A DNA stretch of 64,000 bases from a virus (Duplodnaviria; Caudoviricetes), in IMG/VR virus record IMGVR_UViG_3300026522_000021; one strand, given 5' to 3'. Each line of letters begins with the position of its first letter. The first letter of the stretch is position 1. Made by a program: the position numbers and the translations under genes. Positions 40,142 to 52,205 of this stretch are shown here, piece after piece. The notes below the pieces were generated by a model, which had not been told where the DNA came from, searched no databases, and was given only the letters and a program-made list of their open reading frames with translations.

Positions 40142-40662
40142 AATAGTTTTTGAAAATTTATCTTTTTCGTGACATCACGAAAATGGTTTTCCAATATTAA
40201 AATTTTCTGCATAAAGAAATAGAGCGGATCAACCGCTCTATCTCCTGAACATGTGCGGATTTTCTGGAATTGACTGCGCCCATTCTAATAGCGCTTTCAG
40301 TTTTTCCGCTTTCACTTCTTCGTATTTTTCTTTTGTTTCCTGCTCTGCCTTCTTAAATGTATAGTTAACGCTTGTTTTTCCTTTGGCGTATGTAAAGCCA
40401 TCTGGTAAACCAATATCATCATAGCGCATATTGAATGCGACATAAAGATTGCAGTTATCCCCATAATGCGACTCGCAACATCCGATAGTGGTATAACCTT
40501 TTTGATTTAATATCCTGACAACTTCCTGAATGTTTGCATCAATCATTATCAGCTGCCACGGTGGATAAAATTTACATGTGCATTCATGCACCTGATGCCA
40601 GCAATTAGGGCATACATAATTTTCCATTACCTTTTTGGATCTCCGCATATCATCACGACCTT

Positions 40663-41139
40663 TCAACTAACTTTCGGATTGTACTGATTGTATCTCGTGA
40701 TATTCTTTTCGTCAACGCACTCGCGGAGCGCTGCGTACAACGGCGCTAATCCGATGCCGTTCGCCTGATACCCTTCGAGAATACATTCAAAGTATCCGAC
40801 CTCTGGGGGATAGATACCCTTCCGATTGTCTGCCATCACATAGACCATAGCTTTTACGGTTTCGCCTGTATCATCCATCGTGACAGGAATTAAAATCTTG
40901 GTGTAATAGCTCGGATATCCTTCGTAACGATCCAGATTATACATATCCTGTTTATCTTCCAGTTTCCAAACCACAACAGGAACAGAATCATTTTCATCTT
41001 TGGTTTCGATAATATCCGCGTGATAGTTGAATACGAGTTTCCATCCTTTTAGTTTTCCGTTACCGTAAATTTTTGTGTTCGGACATCTCCATGCCATCTG
41101 ATCCACGTTCATGTTGCTGCCATAGCTAATGTAATACAT
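40663..41139 (-). CDS. Gamma-glutamylcyclotransferase (AIG2-like)
   Basis: YISYGSNM..QM..RCP, LDRYEGYP.YY, AMVYVM. Confidence 0.9.
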   Translation of the reverse strand: MYYISYGSNMNVDQMAWRCPNTKIYGNGKLKGWKLVFNYHADIIETKDENDSVPVVVWKLEDKQDMYNLDRYEGYPSYYTKILIPVTMDDTGETVKAMVYVMADNRKGIYPPEVGYFECILEGYQANGIGLAPLYAALRECVDEKNITRYNQYNPKVS

Positions 41140-44100
41140 ATACTGTACCTCCTTTGTGTATGTTGTTTATAGGATAGCACATTCATACTATCCTGTCAAT
41201 AGTTATCTTGTGTTATTTCTTTTCCATGTCAATGATGAATTTTTCCTTCACCTGACTCGGAAACATCGTATCGCCCCATGCCGAATAGCCTTTAACATAT
41301 TTGCTTTCAATCTTCCGATTGCCTTTATAGATTGCCCACATCGGCGCAAATCCGCGCTCGTAGATTGCCGTATATGTTTCGCCTTTATATTCGATCTTAA
41401 ATCTGTATGCTCTTTTCATAATCCACCTCCGCAAATTTTCCTAATATTGAAAAACATTACAATACTGCGATCAAAGTTTCCAATGCTTTATAGCATTCCT
41501 TTGCTGTCATTACAGGGCTGCATCTTCTACCCCAATGCAGAACGGTATACATTCCTGACTCCTGATATACTTCGAGCTTGTGCCTGTTATTCCTTCCTTC
41601 TTTGTTGTATTCTTCCAGCAGCTTGTCAATCTTTCCTTTGTATTGCATCATTCTACCTTCTTCCCATCAACAATATCAAAATAAATCTGATTAAAAGTAT
41701 CATTTGGCTCTGCTATCACAAGTCCAACTCCTGCGCGATCTACCGCTAAATACTCGCCATGTGGAGTCTGTATTACTTTGTATGGATAAGAACCTAAAAT
41801 ACGCTTCTCTGAATCTAAAGTCTTTCCAAGATACTCTTTAACGTTCGCCGTTGATAATCTCATCTTTTCCACCTCCTTAAAAGATAAATCCTGCTTTATA
41901 CAGTTTGTCGATTGCGCGATCCACGCTCTCGAAAACCCTGATTGCCTGATCTTCCAGAACCGCGACAACATCGCCCTCTTTGGTTTCGTATATAACGACT
42001 TCTTCATCATGGAAATTAACCATTCTTTCCACTTCTTCAGACTGCGCGATGAATACCTTATATTTTCCCAACTTCATACCAGAGAATGTATCGTTCACGC
42101 GCTTAACCGCATCCTCAAAAGCTGTACCCATGCCAAAAGCCTCATAGAAATAATACTGACCGCCTTCAGTTTCAACGCCGATACCCTGATACATTTCCAT
42201 CAGTCTTTCCATTCTTTCCTTCGTCATTGTTTTATCCTCCTATGATCTGGCGCTTTAACTACAAATCGTTTTCAATCAACCAACGGCGCTCGGCTCGTCA
42301 ATCAACCGTTTTATAGAAATGTGCGTTGCTGTGTTTGTGTGTATCTCGTTTACTTGCTAACACTATAACTCACATTTCTGATCTTGTCAATACCTAATTC
42401 AAAAATTTATTTGCATTATTTATTATTTTTCAAGAATGGATTTTTCTGCGCCACGTTCACCAGAATATAATAGTTTGGCAAAATTAGAAATTTCTGCCGA
42501 TGTGCTTTGCAAAACTCTTTTGTTTTTCAAAACTGAATTTTTCTGTGGCTATGAGTTTTAGTTTTTGAAAATCAAAATTTTCTGTTGCACAAAAAGAAGA
42601 AGCTCCGAAGAGCTTCATCCTACGAATATGATTTCATTCTTTCCTCTTGTGTTCACATAGATTTTGAACTGATTGTGTCGCTTCTCTACCATCAAGATAT
42701 TTTCTGCTTTTGTGCGCTTGTATCCTTTTCTTTTCCTGACGATTGAAAGAACCAAAGAAGGATCATAGTTGACTTTATACATATTCTTTTCGTATTCCCA
42801 ATATGCATGGCTTCTTTCTCTTTCAACTGCATTCATAATCTTATATGTTTCCTCGTCATCCGTGAAAACATTCTTGTATTTGAAGAACTTGAATGCCGTG
42901 AAATTTTCCTCTTCAGAACTTGGATAATAAACGCCGCCACGATCATTTTTAACAGGCTTGCAAACCCTTACAACGATCTCGCATAATCCGCGATCATAAC
43001 GCCTGAATGCTTCTCTGCAAGCTGCGCCAGTCGTGATATAAATAATAATCCTTGCGCCATCATCAGCCAGTAAATCAGTATGACAATCAAACTCACTACA
43101 AGAATAATTATTCTGCGAAAAATCGAACCTTGCTCCATTGGATATGTACTCGGATACCAGATTAGAATAAACCTTTTCAATATCTTTCTTTGTGTATAAC
43201 ATTTTCTTCCTCCTTATCTACGATAGATGCAACCAGTCCAAACCTTTTCAACAGTGCCAGCGCACTCGCAATTCTTACAACCATTACAGATTGAATTGCA
43301 TTTATCACTCTTGAAAGTGTCAAGATGCTTGTATGCTGTTTTCCTGAGTCTGAGAATTGTTTTTTCTGCATCTTCCAGTCTTTCAAAAATTCCACCATTG
43401 CAAGGACTTGTCATATAATTATATGTGACCATGTAACCGCGTCCGTTTTCCATCTTCTCGATGATTGCCATATCCGTGACCGCCACATCTTGAAACCTTG
43501 CAACTACATTTTTGTATCTTTCCATTAAGTTAGCCATATCGTTTCCTCCTGTGCGTTTGTGTATTTGATTTACTATATAGTAACTCGGATCAATAAATAT
43601 GTCAAGATAATTTTTGAATTATTTTAGTTTTTTGATATTCAATTTTTCTGCTGACTGCATCGCAATTTTCCATAGTTTTCCAAAACTATTTTCAATCGTG
43701 CGCCATGTGCGATGATCTATAGTTTTCCAAAACTGAATTTTCCTGTTAAGCCAAAAGAAGAAGCGGATCTCTCCGCTCCTGTCTTCATCTTGCTTCGTAT
43801 GTTCTTTTCTGTAGCTTGGCTCTCTTGTCTATTATTGCCATGCTGTTATAGAACTTTGTCGCTTCTGCTTCAGTGTCGAATGTCCTGCAATACTCCGCGC
43901 CTGTTGTATGAAAATATACTTGCCAGATTGTGACCATCTTATTGTCTCCCTTCTGTATTATCTTGCTTTGCTTATCCTTCATAACGATCATGTAAAGCCA
44001 TCGGTCTATCACCAAAATGCTCTCTGAAACGACTATCGGAAGTATAAATGAATGAGCCTCCCATCATCCACCATCTACCCGGATGCGCAATCGGATAGGC

Positions 44101-47100
44101 ATGTGTGAACGTTCCGAAAGAATAATGTTTCGTTACTGCCTTCACCAGATTTTCAGGAAGATTTTCAGGATCATCAAGATCGAATTCCCAATTCCCATCA
44201 GGGCAAATTATATATGCTGTTTTAAATCTGTTGCTGATCCCATTGTTGCTGCAATTTCCGATGTTCTTGCTTTCGTAAATGTCAACGCTTAATGCTCTAA
44301 CCTTATTCATTGTGTACCTCCTTGGTTTTATGTGTTTGTGTATGTCGTTTACTATGTTTAGATGATAACTCCATTTTTCCAGAATGTCAATACTTATTTT
44401 GAATTATTTTTAAAATCTTTTTAGCTGCAAGGATCAACAATAATTCCACGTTTTCCAAAACCAAAATATGAGTACACCATCCAACAGAAAAATCTAATTT
44501 TCAAAAACTAAATCTTTCCGTGAGGACAAAAAAAAGAAGAGGCTCGCGCCCCTTCAGTCGAGAATCCAATACTGTTTTGAAAAGAACATGTAAATCATGC
44601 AAGGTATCATGAACACTGCGAATGTCGCATCGCCATCTAATAGCGGAACTGTTACCGCCGACAGGACGATCATCAACAGCGCATATAATTTCTGCTTCAT
44701 CATGTTCGGTTTTTCCATTTCGCTGATCCAGAATGTATCTGTCACTGTTCCATTGTATCCGTCATAATCTGCCAGCGTTTCAATACATGCTGCGTTATAG
44801 TCTTGCGCGATTTCCAGAGCATCATCAAAATCATCCAGAACATCAATCACGTTGTCGCGCTTGTCGATCACTGCGTAAACATCATAATCCAGATTGTAAG
44901 CTAAATTTTCCATTATATATACTCCCTTCGTAACTTCTTTATGTAATATGATATAAACAAGTATTATCTTGCATTATCCAAAGAATACAGACACTCCAGA
45001 ATAATTCATGTTGACCTTGCGCCATGTCTGAACCTTCATATTTCTATGTATCGGCTTGTAAATCCTTGTAAATTCATCAATCCAGACTGAGAAGCATCCG
45101 ACCTCCTCGGAATTGTCGCGAATGATCCTGATATTATTCTGCTTTAAAATTTCCATCACTTGTTTTCTGGTCTTGCATTGCTCGATTTTCTTTTTGATTT
45201 CTTCGTTCATTGTTTCCATCTCCTGTGAGCTTGTGTATGTCAGTTACTAAAAGCAATATAGCATATTTTTCGCATGATTGCAAGCGTTATTTTGCATTAT
45301 CTTTTATTTTTTAATATTGGATTTTCCTGCACCTCTCCAGCGCAATGAATTTATGTTTTCCAAAATTAGATTTTTCTGTTCTGCTGTCCGCAAAATTTCC
45401 GCGTTTTCAAAAACCATAGCTGTGAGTTTTTAGTTTTTAAAAATTCCATTTTTCTGTGCGCTTGAGTTTTCGTTTTCCAAAAATAGAATTTTCTGCAAGC
45501 ACGAGAAAACAGGACGCTTTTACACGCCCTGTTCTCCCACACACAACACACACAACGAATTGAGATAGTAGTCAATTTTCAATGACAAGTTCGGCAATGA
45601 TCCCATTCTGCAAGTCGGAAAGCTCATGCTTCACTCGTCTTTTCGCTATTTCCAGTTCATCCACATCGAAATATGCGATTGTCTGTTGCGGATTTTCTGG
45701 ATCATATAACCTGTAGGCGTTCATTTCTTTAACGAAATATGCTTTATAAATCTTTTTCATGTTAAACCTCCTCGCCGTTTTCCATCAGCTCAATCTGTTC
45801 GATTGCGGTATGAAGTGCGCTGCAAATATACTTTTCTGTTTTGGTTTCTCCTGTGTCAGCGTCGATCATCTTTTCCACAACCAGCAGATAATTCTTTCCA
45901 TCTTCGTAAATGTAATAATGATTGCTTCCTTCATAGAATATACAATCTTCATAGTCAGAATGAAAGTCTTTAATTCTTAACATCTCCACGCCCTCCGTGA
46001 TTGCTTTGTGTATTTGATTTACTATAATGTAACTCTTTCCATCTGTTTTGTCAACACTTATTTTGAATTATTTTTAAAACGCCAGATGCGGAGAAATATC
46101 CAAAACTCCGCGCCTGTCTTAAATGTAGTATGTATTGACTATCATTGTAAGTTTTCCGCTCTTTTCATCATACAAGTATATGATTACAAGAACAGGCGTT
46201 TTCTTATCACTCATTGGCAAGTCCTCCATCAATAGCTTTGTGCTTTGTGTTTTGCGGAACTGCCAAGGATATTTTTTAATTGCAATGGTCACGAGTCGAA
46301 CGTGATGCAATCGAATTTTCCGATGCCCTGATCCGTCAGCCATGCCGATCTTTACAGGAAATTATATTTCATTTCATCCCATGCATAATTGAGAAGCTGT
46401 CGAATTCTGCAATCGAATGTGTTAACATCTTTAATCATCCAGTCAACCAGACCTTCAGCACCTCCGATAGCTTTGATCTTTGTCTTGAGTGCCTTGAAAA
46501 CAAATTCATCGCACTCTTCCACCTTGATAACCTTCTTGATAACATCGCCTCGCTGATAGTTTGGCGTGATCTTCTGAATGATTATTGAATTGTTGTGAAG
46601 TCCGCTCGGTACGACAGACCAATCAGCAACCTTTATGCTCTGTCTTGTATTCATATCAAATGTAGTTTCATGATACTCGAAAAGTTTCATTGTGTGCCTC
46701 CTTTGTGTATGTGTTTTACTATCTATGATTATACTCGGATTTTCTGGCTTGTCAATACTTATCTTGAATTATTTTTAAATTTTTAAAACGGCGATTTTCT
46801 GCCACTGGCAGCGATCCGCTCCAGCTGCTCGGCGATAATCTTATGTTTTTGAAAATTCAAATTTTCTGCGCCTGATCCATCGACCGATACAGAAAATTGT
46901 AATTCTTAAAAACTATGATCCTGTTATTATTGTTTTGGAAAACTCCGATAATCTGCACGGCGATCCGCAAAAAGATTTAATTTTTGAAAACGCGATTTTT
47001 CTGTTTCTATGCTGTCGCGCCGATGCGATCCGCACACAAAAGAAAACAGGCGATTGCTCGCCTGTTCTGTATCGTGTTATCTTGTATTGCTTTTAGAAAA

Positions 47101-47787
47101 ATCTGCTGTTGCTCTCGCAAACCTCGATAGCGACTGACTCTTGATTGAGTGCTACCTTTGCCATGCTCGCCGCCTTCTCGATTGTCGCCTGATCCGATCC
47201 GTAAATCACGCATACCAGTGTCGGCTCGATTACGACTGTACCATCATCATGTGTGTAAACTCCAGTTCCCTCGGTGATTGTCGCGCCGCCTGTTGTCTGT
47301 GCGAAAATGTTAGCTGCGATCTTGAACGCGTCAATCGTTGTGATTTCCTGATGCTTTGTGTCCTGATCCAGAAGTCCGATGCAGATTGTTGTCTTTGTCA
47401 TGATAATTACCTCCATGTGTTTGATGTGTGTTTGTGTATTTCATTTACTGATTGTATGATAACTCCATGCCTTCACTTTGTCAATAGGTTTTTCAAAAAT
47501 TTTTTTGAATTATTTTTTACCTGTCGCGATCCGCTCCCACTGGCAGAAAATCATGATTTTCTGTATATATCAATGCAAATTTTCCATATATTCCAAAACT
47601 AAATTTTCCATTGTACATATATACATATAATCTATGTTTTTGAAAATTAAGATTTTCTGTTAGAGAAAACCAGAGGGAAAACAAATATTCCGCGTTTTGA
47701 AAAACATTGATCCGTTGCGCTGGCAGATTTTCAGATTTTCCAGACAAAAAAAAGGAACGCCTCTCGGCGCTCCCTTCGGATTTTCCG

Positions 47788-48120
47788 TTATGCTGTCGCG
47801 ATTGCGTCCACCTGTGCCATTGTGAAGAATGCCGCGACTTTCATAAAACATTTTCCAGTTTCGATTGTTTCGCCCGACTCCTCATCTGTATGAGTTTTTC
47901 CGCGATACTTCCAGACCTGAATTTTGATCTCGGATTTTTCCCCTCGTCGAACCTGATAACCAAGCTCTTTCCATTTTGCGTATGTGTGGATTGCTTCGGG
48001 AATTTCCAGCTGCTTTTTTCCATCCTGAGTCTCGACTTCGATAAATTTTCCTGTCCCTTTGAGCTTGCCTTCTTCCATAAGCTTTACGGACTCCATAAGG
48101 ATAATCATTGCGTTTGTCAT
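47788..48120 (-). CDS. ArdC-like ssDNA-binding N-terminal domain protein
   Basis: TYAKWKELGYQVRRGEKS...FFTMAQV; start after GGAGG. Confidence 0.7.
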   Translation of the reverse strand: MTNAMIILMESVKLMEEGKLKGTGKFIEVETQDGKKQLEIPEAIHTYAKWKELGYQVRRGEKSEIKIQVWKYRGKTHTDEESGETIETGKCFMKVAAFFTMAQVDAIATA

Positions 48121-49441
48121 TGAAATTTTCCTCCTTTGTTTGTGTGCTTTGTGTATTTCATTTACTGATTGCATGATAACTCCGATTTTCCGCGCTGTCA
48201 AGTATTATTTTGATTTATTTTTAAATTTTCCGAATGAAATTTTCCATATAATCATGATCTGAATGAAATTTTCCAATATACAATAAAAACATCATTTTAT
48301 TAGAGATTTTCCAATATAAACATACTATATTAGTATGTTTATTATGATCGGCGCTTGCAAATCTTCCAGACTGGCAAACCAAAAGGATAATTTTCCAATA
48401 TCGCGATTTTTTGCGGATGCTCGGCGAGTGATCCGTTTTAATTTTCCAAAAATGCAAAAATCTGTTTTTTCCAGCTGCGAGCAATTGCAATTTTCCGTAT
48501 TTTTCCAAAACTAAATCTTCCAGATGATCTCGGCGCGATAATTGGCAATTTTCCAAAACCAAAACAGGAAAACGGCATTTTCCAAAACAACGCGCAGTAA
48601 TGCAGAAAAGCGATGATTTCAAAAACCAAAAGGGAAAACGGCAGAACAGGCAGAAAAGAATGGTTTTAGAAAACAATGCGCTCGCACTGGCGCAGAAAAT
48701 CATGGTATTTGAAAACTATTCATGATCGGCAGCACTGGCGCGATAAATGCGGATTTTGGAAAACAAAAAGGATCTCGGCGCGGCGATAAAGTGAAGTATT
48801 GGAAAACTATAATACTCGCGGCAGATACGGCAGAAAATGCGCGTTTTGGAAAACGACAGGAACGCGGATGATTGTTTTTGAAAATCGGGAAAAGCTGCGA
48901 TGATCGGCGCGAAAAAGGATTGTTTTTGAAAACGCGGAAAAATTGCGGAGCGCTCGGCGAGTGATTGCAAAAAAAATCGACGTTTTGCAAAACTATGGAA
49001 TATCGCGGAACTGGACAGGATCGGCAGCAAAAAAGCGCGTTTTTGAAAAACCAAAACAGGCATCAGAGCAGAAAAACGGAGTTTTGAAAAACATCGGAAA
49101 AGCGCGGACGGTCAGGAGTTTAGTGGAGTAAAGCGGTAAAGTGCGACAGGCAAAAAGAAAACAGGGCTTGCGCCCTGTTATTTCTCATGTTTTAGATGAT
49201 ATTCTATTGTGCGGATCATGTTTTTGGCTTGATATTCTGATATTCCTACAATCTCCGCCGTTTTTTTGATTGATAAACCCTGTTCAAACCTTGCGCGATA
49301 TACTGCGGAATAAACAGGATGAAATTTAGTATAATAGTCTGGTAACATAGTCTCCCTCCATAGTTTTTGAAAATTTGATTTTTTGTTTTCGGAATACAGG
49401 AGGAGGCTCTCGCCTCTCTCCTTGTATTGTGTTATCTTGTA

Positions 49442-50309
49442 TTATTCATTGATCGCCTTTTCGAATGCTGCAACGATCTTTTTCGCGGCTACCTGTGCTT
49501 TATGCTTTCTGTACTCGGTGATGTTGTTGTATCTGCTGGTATCGAATGTGCTGTCGTTGAAATGTGCTACAAAGTTGTTCATGACGATCTCGGTGACTTT
49601 CGTTGCGAACTTTGCCATTTTCATGTACTGTTTGCTGTTCTGGAATTTTGCCATTCTGAATTCAAGCGTCATGCTGTGCTGTGTGTTTATGAAATTGGTA
49701 TGGGATGTTGCATCGGTGTATTCGTTGATGCTTCTCGCCCAGCAATCACCCTCGCTGTTGTACTCGTCAATGCCGCGCCCGAAAAGCTTTCTCGTTGCTT
49801 CATCGTTTGCTTTCATCGCCTCGGACAGTGGAAGAAACAGGCTGTGATAGAAACGGCGGATGTATCCGATTGTCTCGCTGTTCAGATCTCTATGCCCTAC
49901 ATGGAAGTGACTTCCTGCTGTCGATCCGATCTCCATGTCACCGTCTGCAATCAGACGATCCATCACTTTCCAAAGATGGGAAAAGCTCTTGAGGCTGTTT
50001 TCGATTGCGCTCTTGTATTCAACGTCAACCGTGCAATCTGCTGTAGGAAGCATCCCATACTCGTAAAGCTCGCTCCGCGCTTTAGCGTTGCTGTATGTTG
50101 TCTCGTTCTCCATGCCGTAAGTGAACGGATGAACGGTATCAGCTCCGCGCTGCTCGTTGTTCTTTGTTGTGTATCCGTGCATCTCGCTGTTGCAACGCTC
50201 GCAGATATAAGCTCCGCGCTGTCCGCGATTGTTCTTCTCGACTCTGTGCATGATGGAAATGTGACCGACTGCTCCGCATCTCGTGCATGTAACTGTTGTT
50301 CTTGCCATG
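49442..50309 (-). CDS. Putative amidoligase (COOH-NH2 ligase type 2)
   Basis: TYGMENE, DCT..VEYKS, TAGSHFHVG, TLEFRM; start at MARTTVTC after AAAGGAG. Confidence 0.75.
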
Positions 50310-50947
50310 ATTTTGTTCTCCTTTTCGTTCGATGTGCTTGTGTGTTTGTTTTGTGTATGTGGTTTATTAGGTTCTGTCAATACAATAGCACCGTTAATAG
50401 ATATTGTCAAGCATTATTTTGCATTTTTTAAAAATTATTTTTTTCTGTCATTCTGGACAGGGAAAACAGAAAAAGACTTTTTTCTTTTCCCTTATATAGA
50501 AGAAACACAAACAAAAAACATGCTCCGATCTCCGCTCGGCGCGGCATTTTTTAGGGTAAAAAAGAGCCAAAAACCGCGTAAAATCAAGGCTTTTCGGCGT
50601 TTTGAGTCTCCTCCTGTTTTCCGCTGATTTTTCGATTGATTTTTACGGCTTATTAAGTTTTGCAAAACATGGATTTTTTGCGGAATATCGCTTTAATAGA
50701 GTAAAGCATGAAAGCGACAGGATCAGCACGCTTTATCACATTAAAGTGCGACAGTAAAGAAGGCAGATGATAGGTTAGATAGCACTAACCAGTATGCGCG
50801 GATCATATGGTTAGATAATGCTAACTATCGGATGCAGCTGGACAGGTTAGAGCGCACTAACTCGGCAGTGAATACTTTATTGCTGTAAAGTGCGAAAGCT
50901 GCGGATCAGATGCTTTAACAGAGTAAAGTGATGAAGGAAGAAAAGCA

Positions 50948-51020
50948 TTAGCACTCTATCGCCGAGAGCGCTAAACTGGCAGACAGGATCATTTTAGCAC
51001 TCCAGAATATCGAGTGCTAA
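50948..51020. promoter_or_regulatory. Two CIRCE (HrcA) operators
   Basis: TTAGCACTC-N9-GAGCGCTAA (50948-50974) and perfect TTAGCACTC-N9-GAGTGCTAA (50994-51020). Confidence 0.92.
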
Positions 51021-51021
51021 T

Positions 51022-51186
51022 TGTGGAAAAATCGCGATAATTGAGTATGAATATTTATACAATTCTATGAATTGTGGATAACTTTTAAATAATGTGGATA
51101 ACTTGACTGTAAATTGTGGATAACTCGGTATTTTTAGCTGATTTTGGAGGAAATTGTGGATAAAATGTGGATAACTTTGTGGAAAA
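51022..51186. promoter_or_regulatory. DnaA-box cluster
   Basis: Perfect TGTGGATAA at 51073, 51093, 51115, 51155 and 51166; one-mismatch copies at 51022 and 51178; all co-oriented. Confidence 0.9.
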
Positions 51187-52205
51187 AATTTTTTGTCGAA
51201 AATGCACAAAAACGCAAAAAATCCCAATTTTTAAAAACATCGAAAAAAGTCGATAAAAACGGCATTTTATTGTTTTTCAAAATTATATTTTTTTGTGCAA
51301 TCCTACCAAAAATTTTAACACTTTACTCCGCTGAAGTAAGTCCGTTTTTTGTCCTTTTTCAGACTTGCCAGAAAAGACGGGGGGACAGAATAAACCTACT
51401 ATATTAGTATGTTTTCTATTGTCTGACAATTCGATCATTCTATACGGAATAGGGGTACAATTTAAGTTATTGAGTGACACTTCACTCCGCTAAAGCCAGT
51501 ATCGTGCCCCATCCCACTCTTACAAAAAAATCCCAATTCCAATAAAAATTTTTTCCACACTCCCCCAATTTTTCATTTTGACTAAATCTGCCTATTAACG
51601 AAAACTTCACCGAAAAATTATTAAAGCACTAAAATAGTCAAAATCAATTCATTATCGAAGTCGCCCGAAAATCACAATCAAATTTTCTAATCATACTAAA
51701 TCTGCCACTTTACACCAATGCCATCTTCGGCAACCGAATAAATTCACCGAAGCGAAAATCGACCTTAAATATTCGAGCAGAAAAGTGTGATTTTTAAAAA
51801 TTAAACATTTTAGAGAAAACGTACTGATATAGCCGATTTCATATATCTGGCGAAAAATCAGGATTAACGATCAGGAATTCAAACACATAAATTTGAGATT
51901 ACCCGATTAAAATATTTTGCCAATAAAAACGATCTGAAAATCAGTTTATAAATAATGCAAAATAAGCCTTGACAATGTTTATAAAACTGTGCTACTATGT
52001 CAGTGTGGCAAAAGATAGTTTCATTCTCCTGTGGTTTAATCCCACATTAGATGCAACTATTCCAACCGAACGGCACAACTATATATGTATGAACGTATAG
52101 GAATATAATCATTCTATACTTGTATAGAGTGAATACATATATAGTTGTTACTATACAATAATATATTCTTGTATAGATTATTAATATGAGTATGCATTTT
52201 GTCCG

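Larger units (their letters stand above)
30300..49100. repeat. Dispersed ~22-bp spacer motif GTTTTYSAAAA-N4/5-ATTTTCTG
   Basis: Examples near 40021, 42522, 43722, 45356, 46846 and 47637; reverse copies dense at 48565-49092. Confidence 0.8.
28860..50420 (-). promoter_or_regulatory. About 16 stereotyped early promoter-leader modules
   Basis: TTGACA/TTGCAA-17-TAnnnT then (A)GTAAA..ATACACAAA(G/C).. and AGGAG(G), at about 28.9, 29.9, 35.65, 37.4, 38.7, 39.9, 41.2, 42.35, 43.55, 44.35, 45.25, 46.0, 46.7, 47.45, 48.15 and 50.35 kb. Confidence 0.85.

Noticed and set aside
42326-42333. ACAGCAA in an early leader
   Set aside because: No convincing flanking helix; it lies within the CA-rich leader and is probably coincidental.
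30300-49100. CodY boxes as the identity of the spacer motif
   Set aside because: The core is TTTTnnAAAA, one base shorter than the CodY core TTTTCWGAAAA. The resemblance is partial, so I left it unassigned.
48221-49131. Several F/K-rich ORFs
   Set aside because: Translations of the TTTT/AAAA repeat array; no RBS or coding character.
49427-50431. 334-aa + strand ORF
   Set aside because: Antisense shadow of the amidoligase gene.
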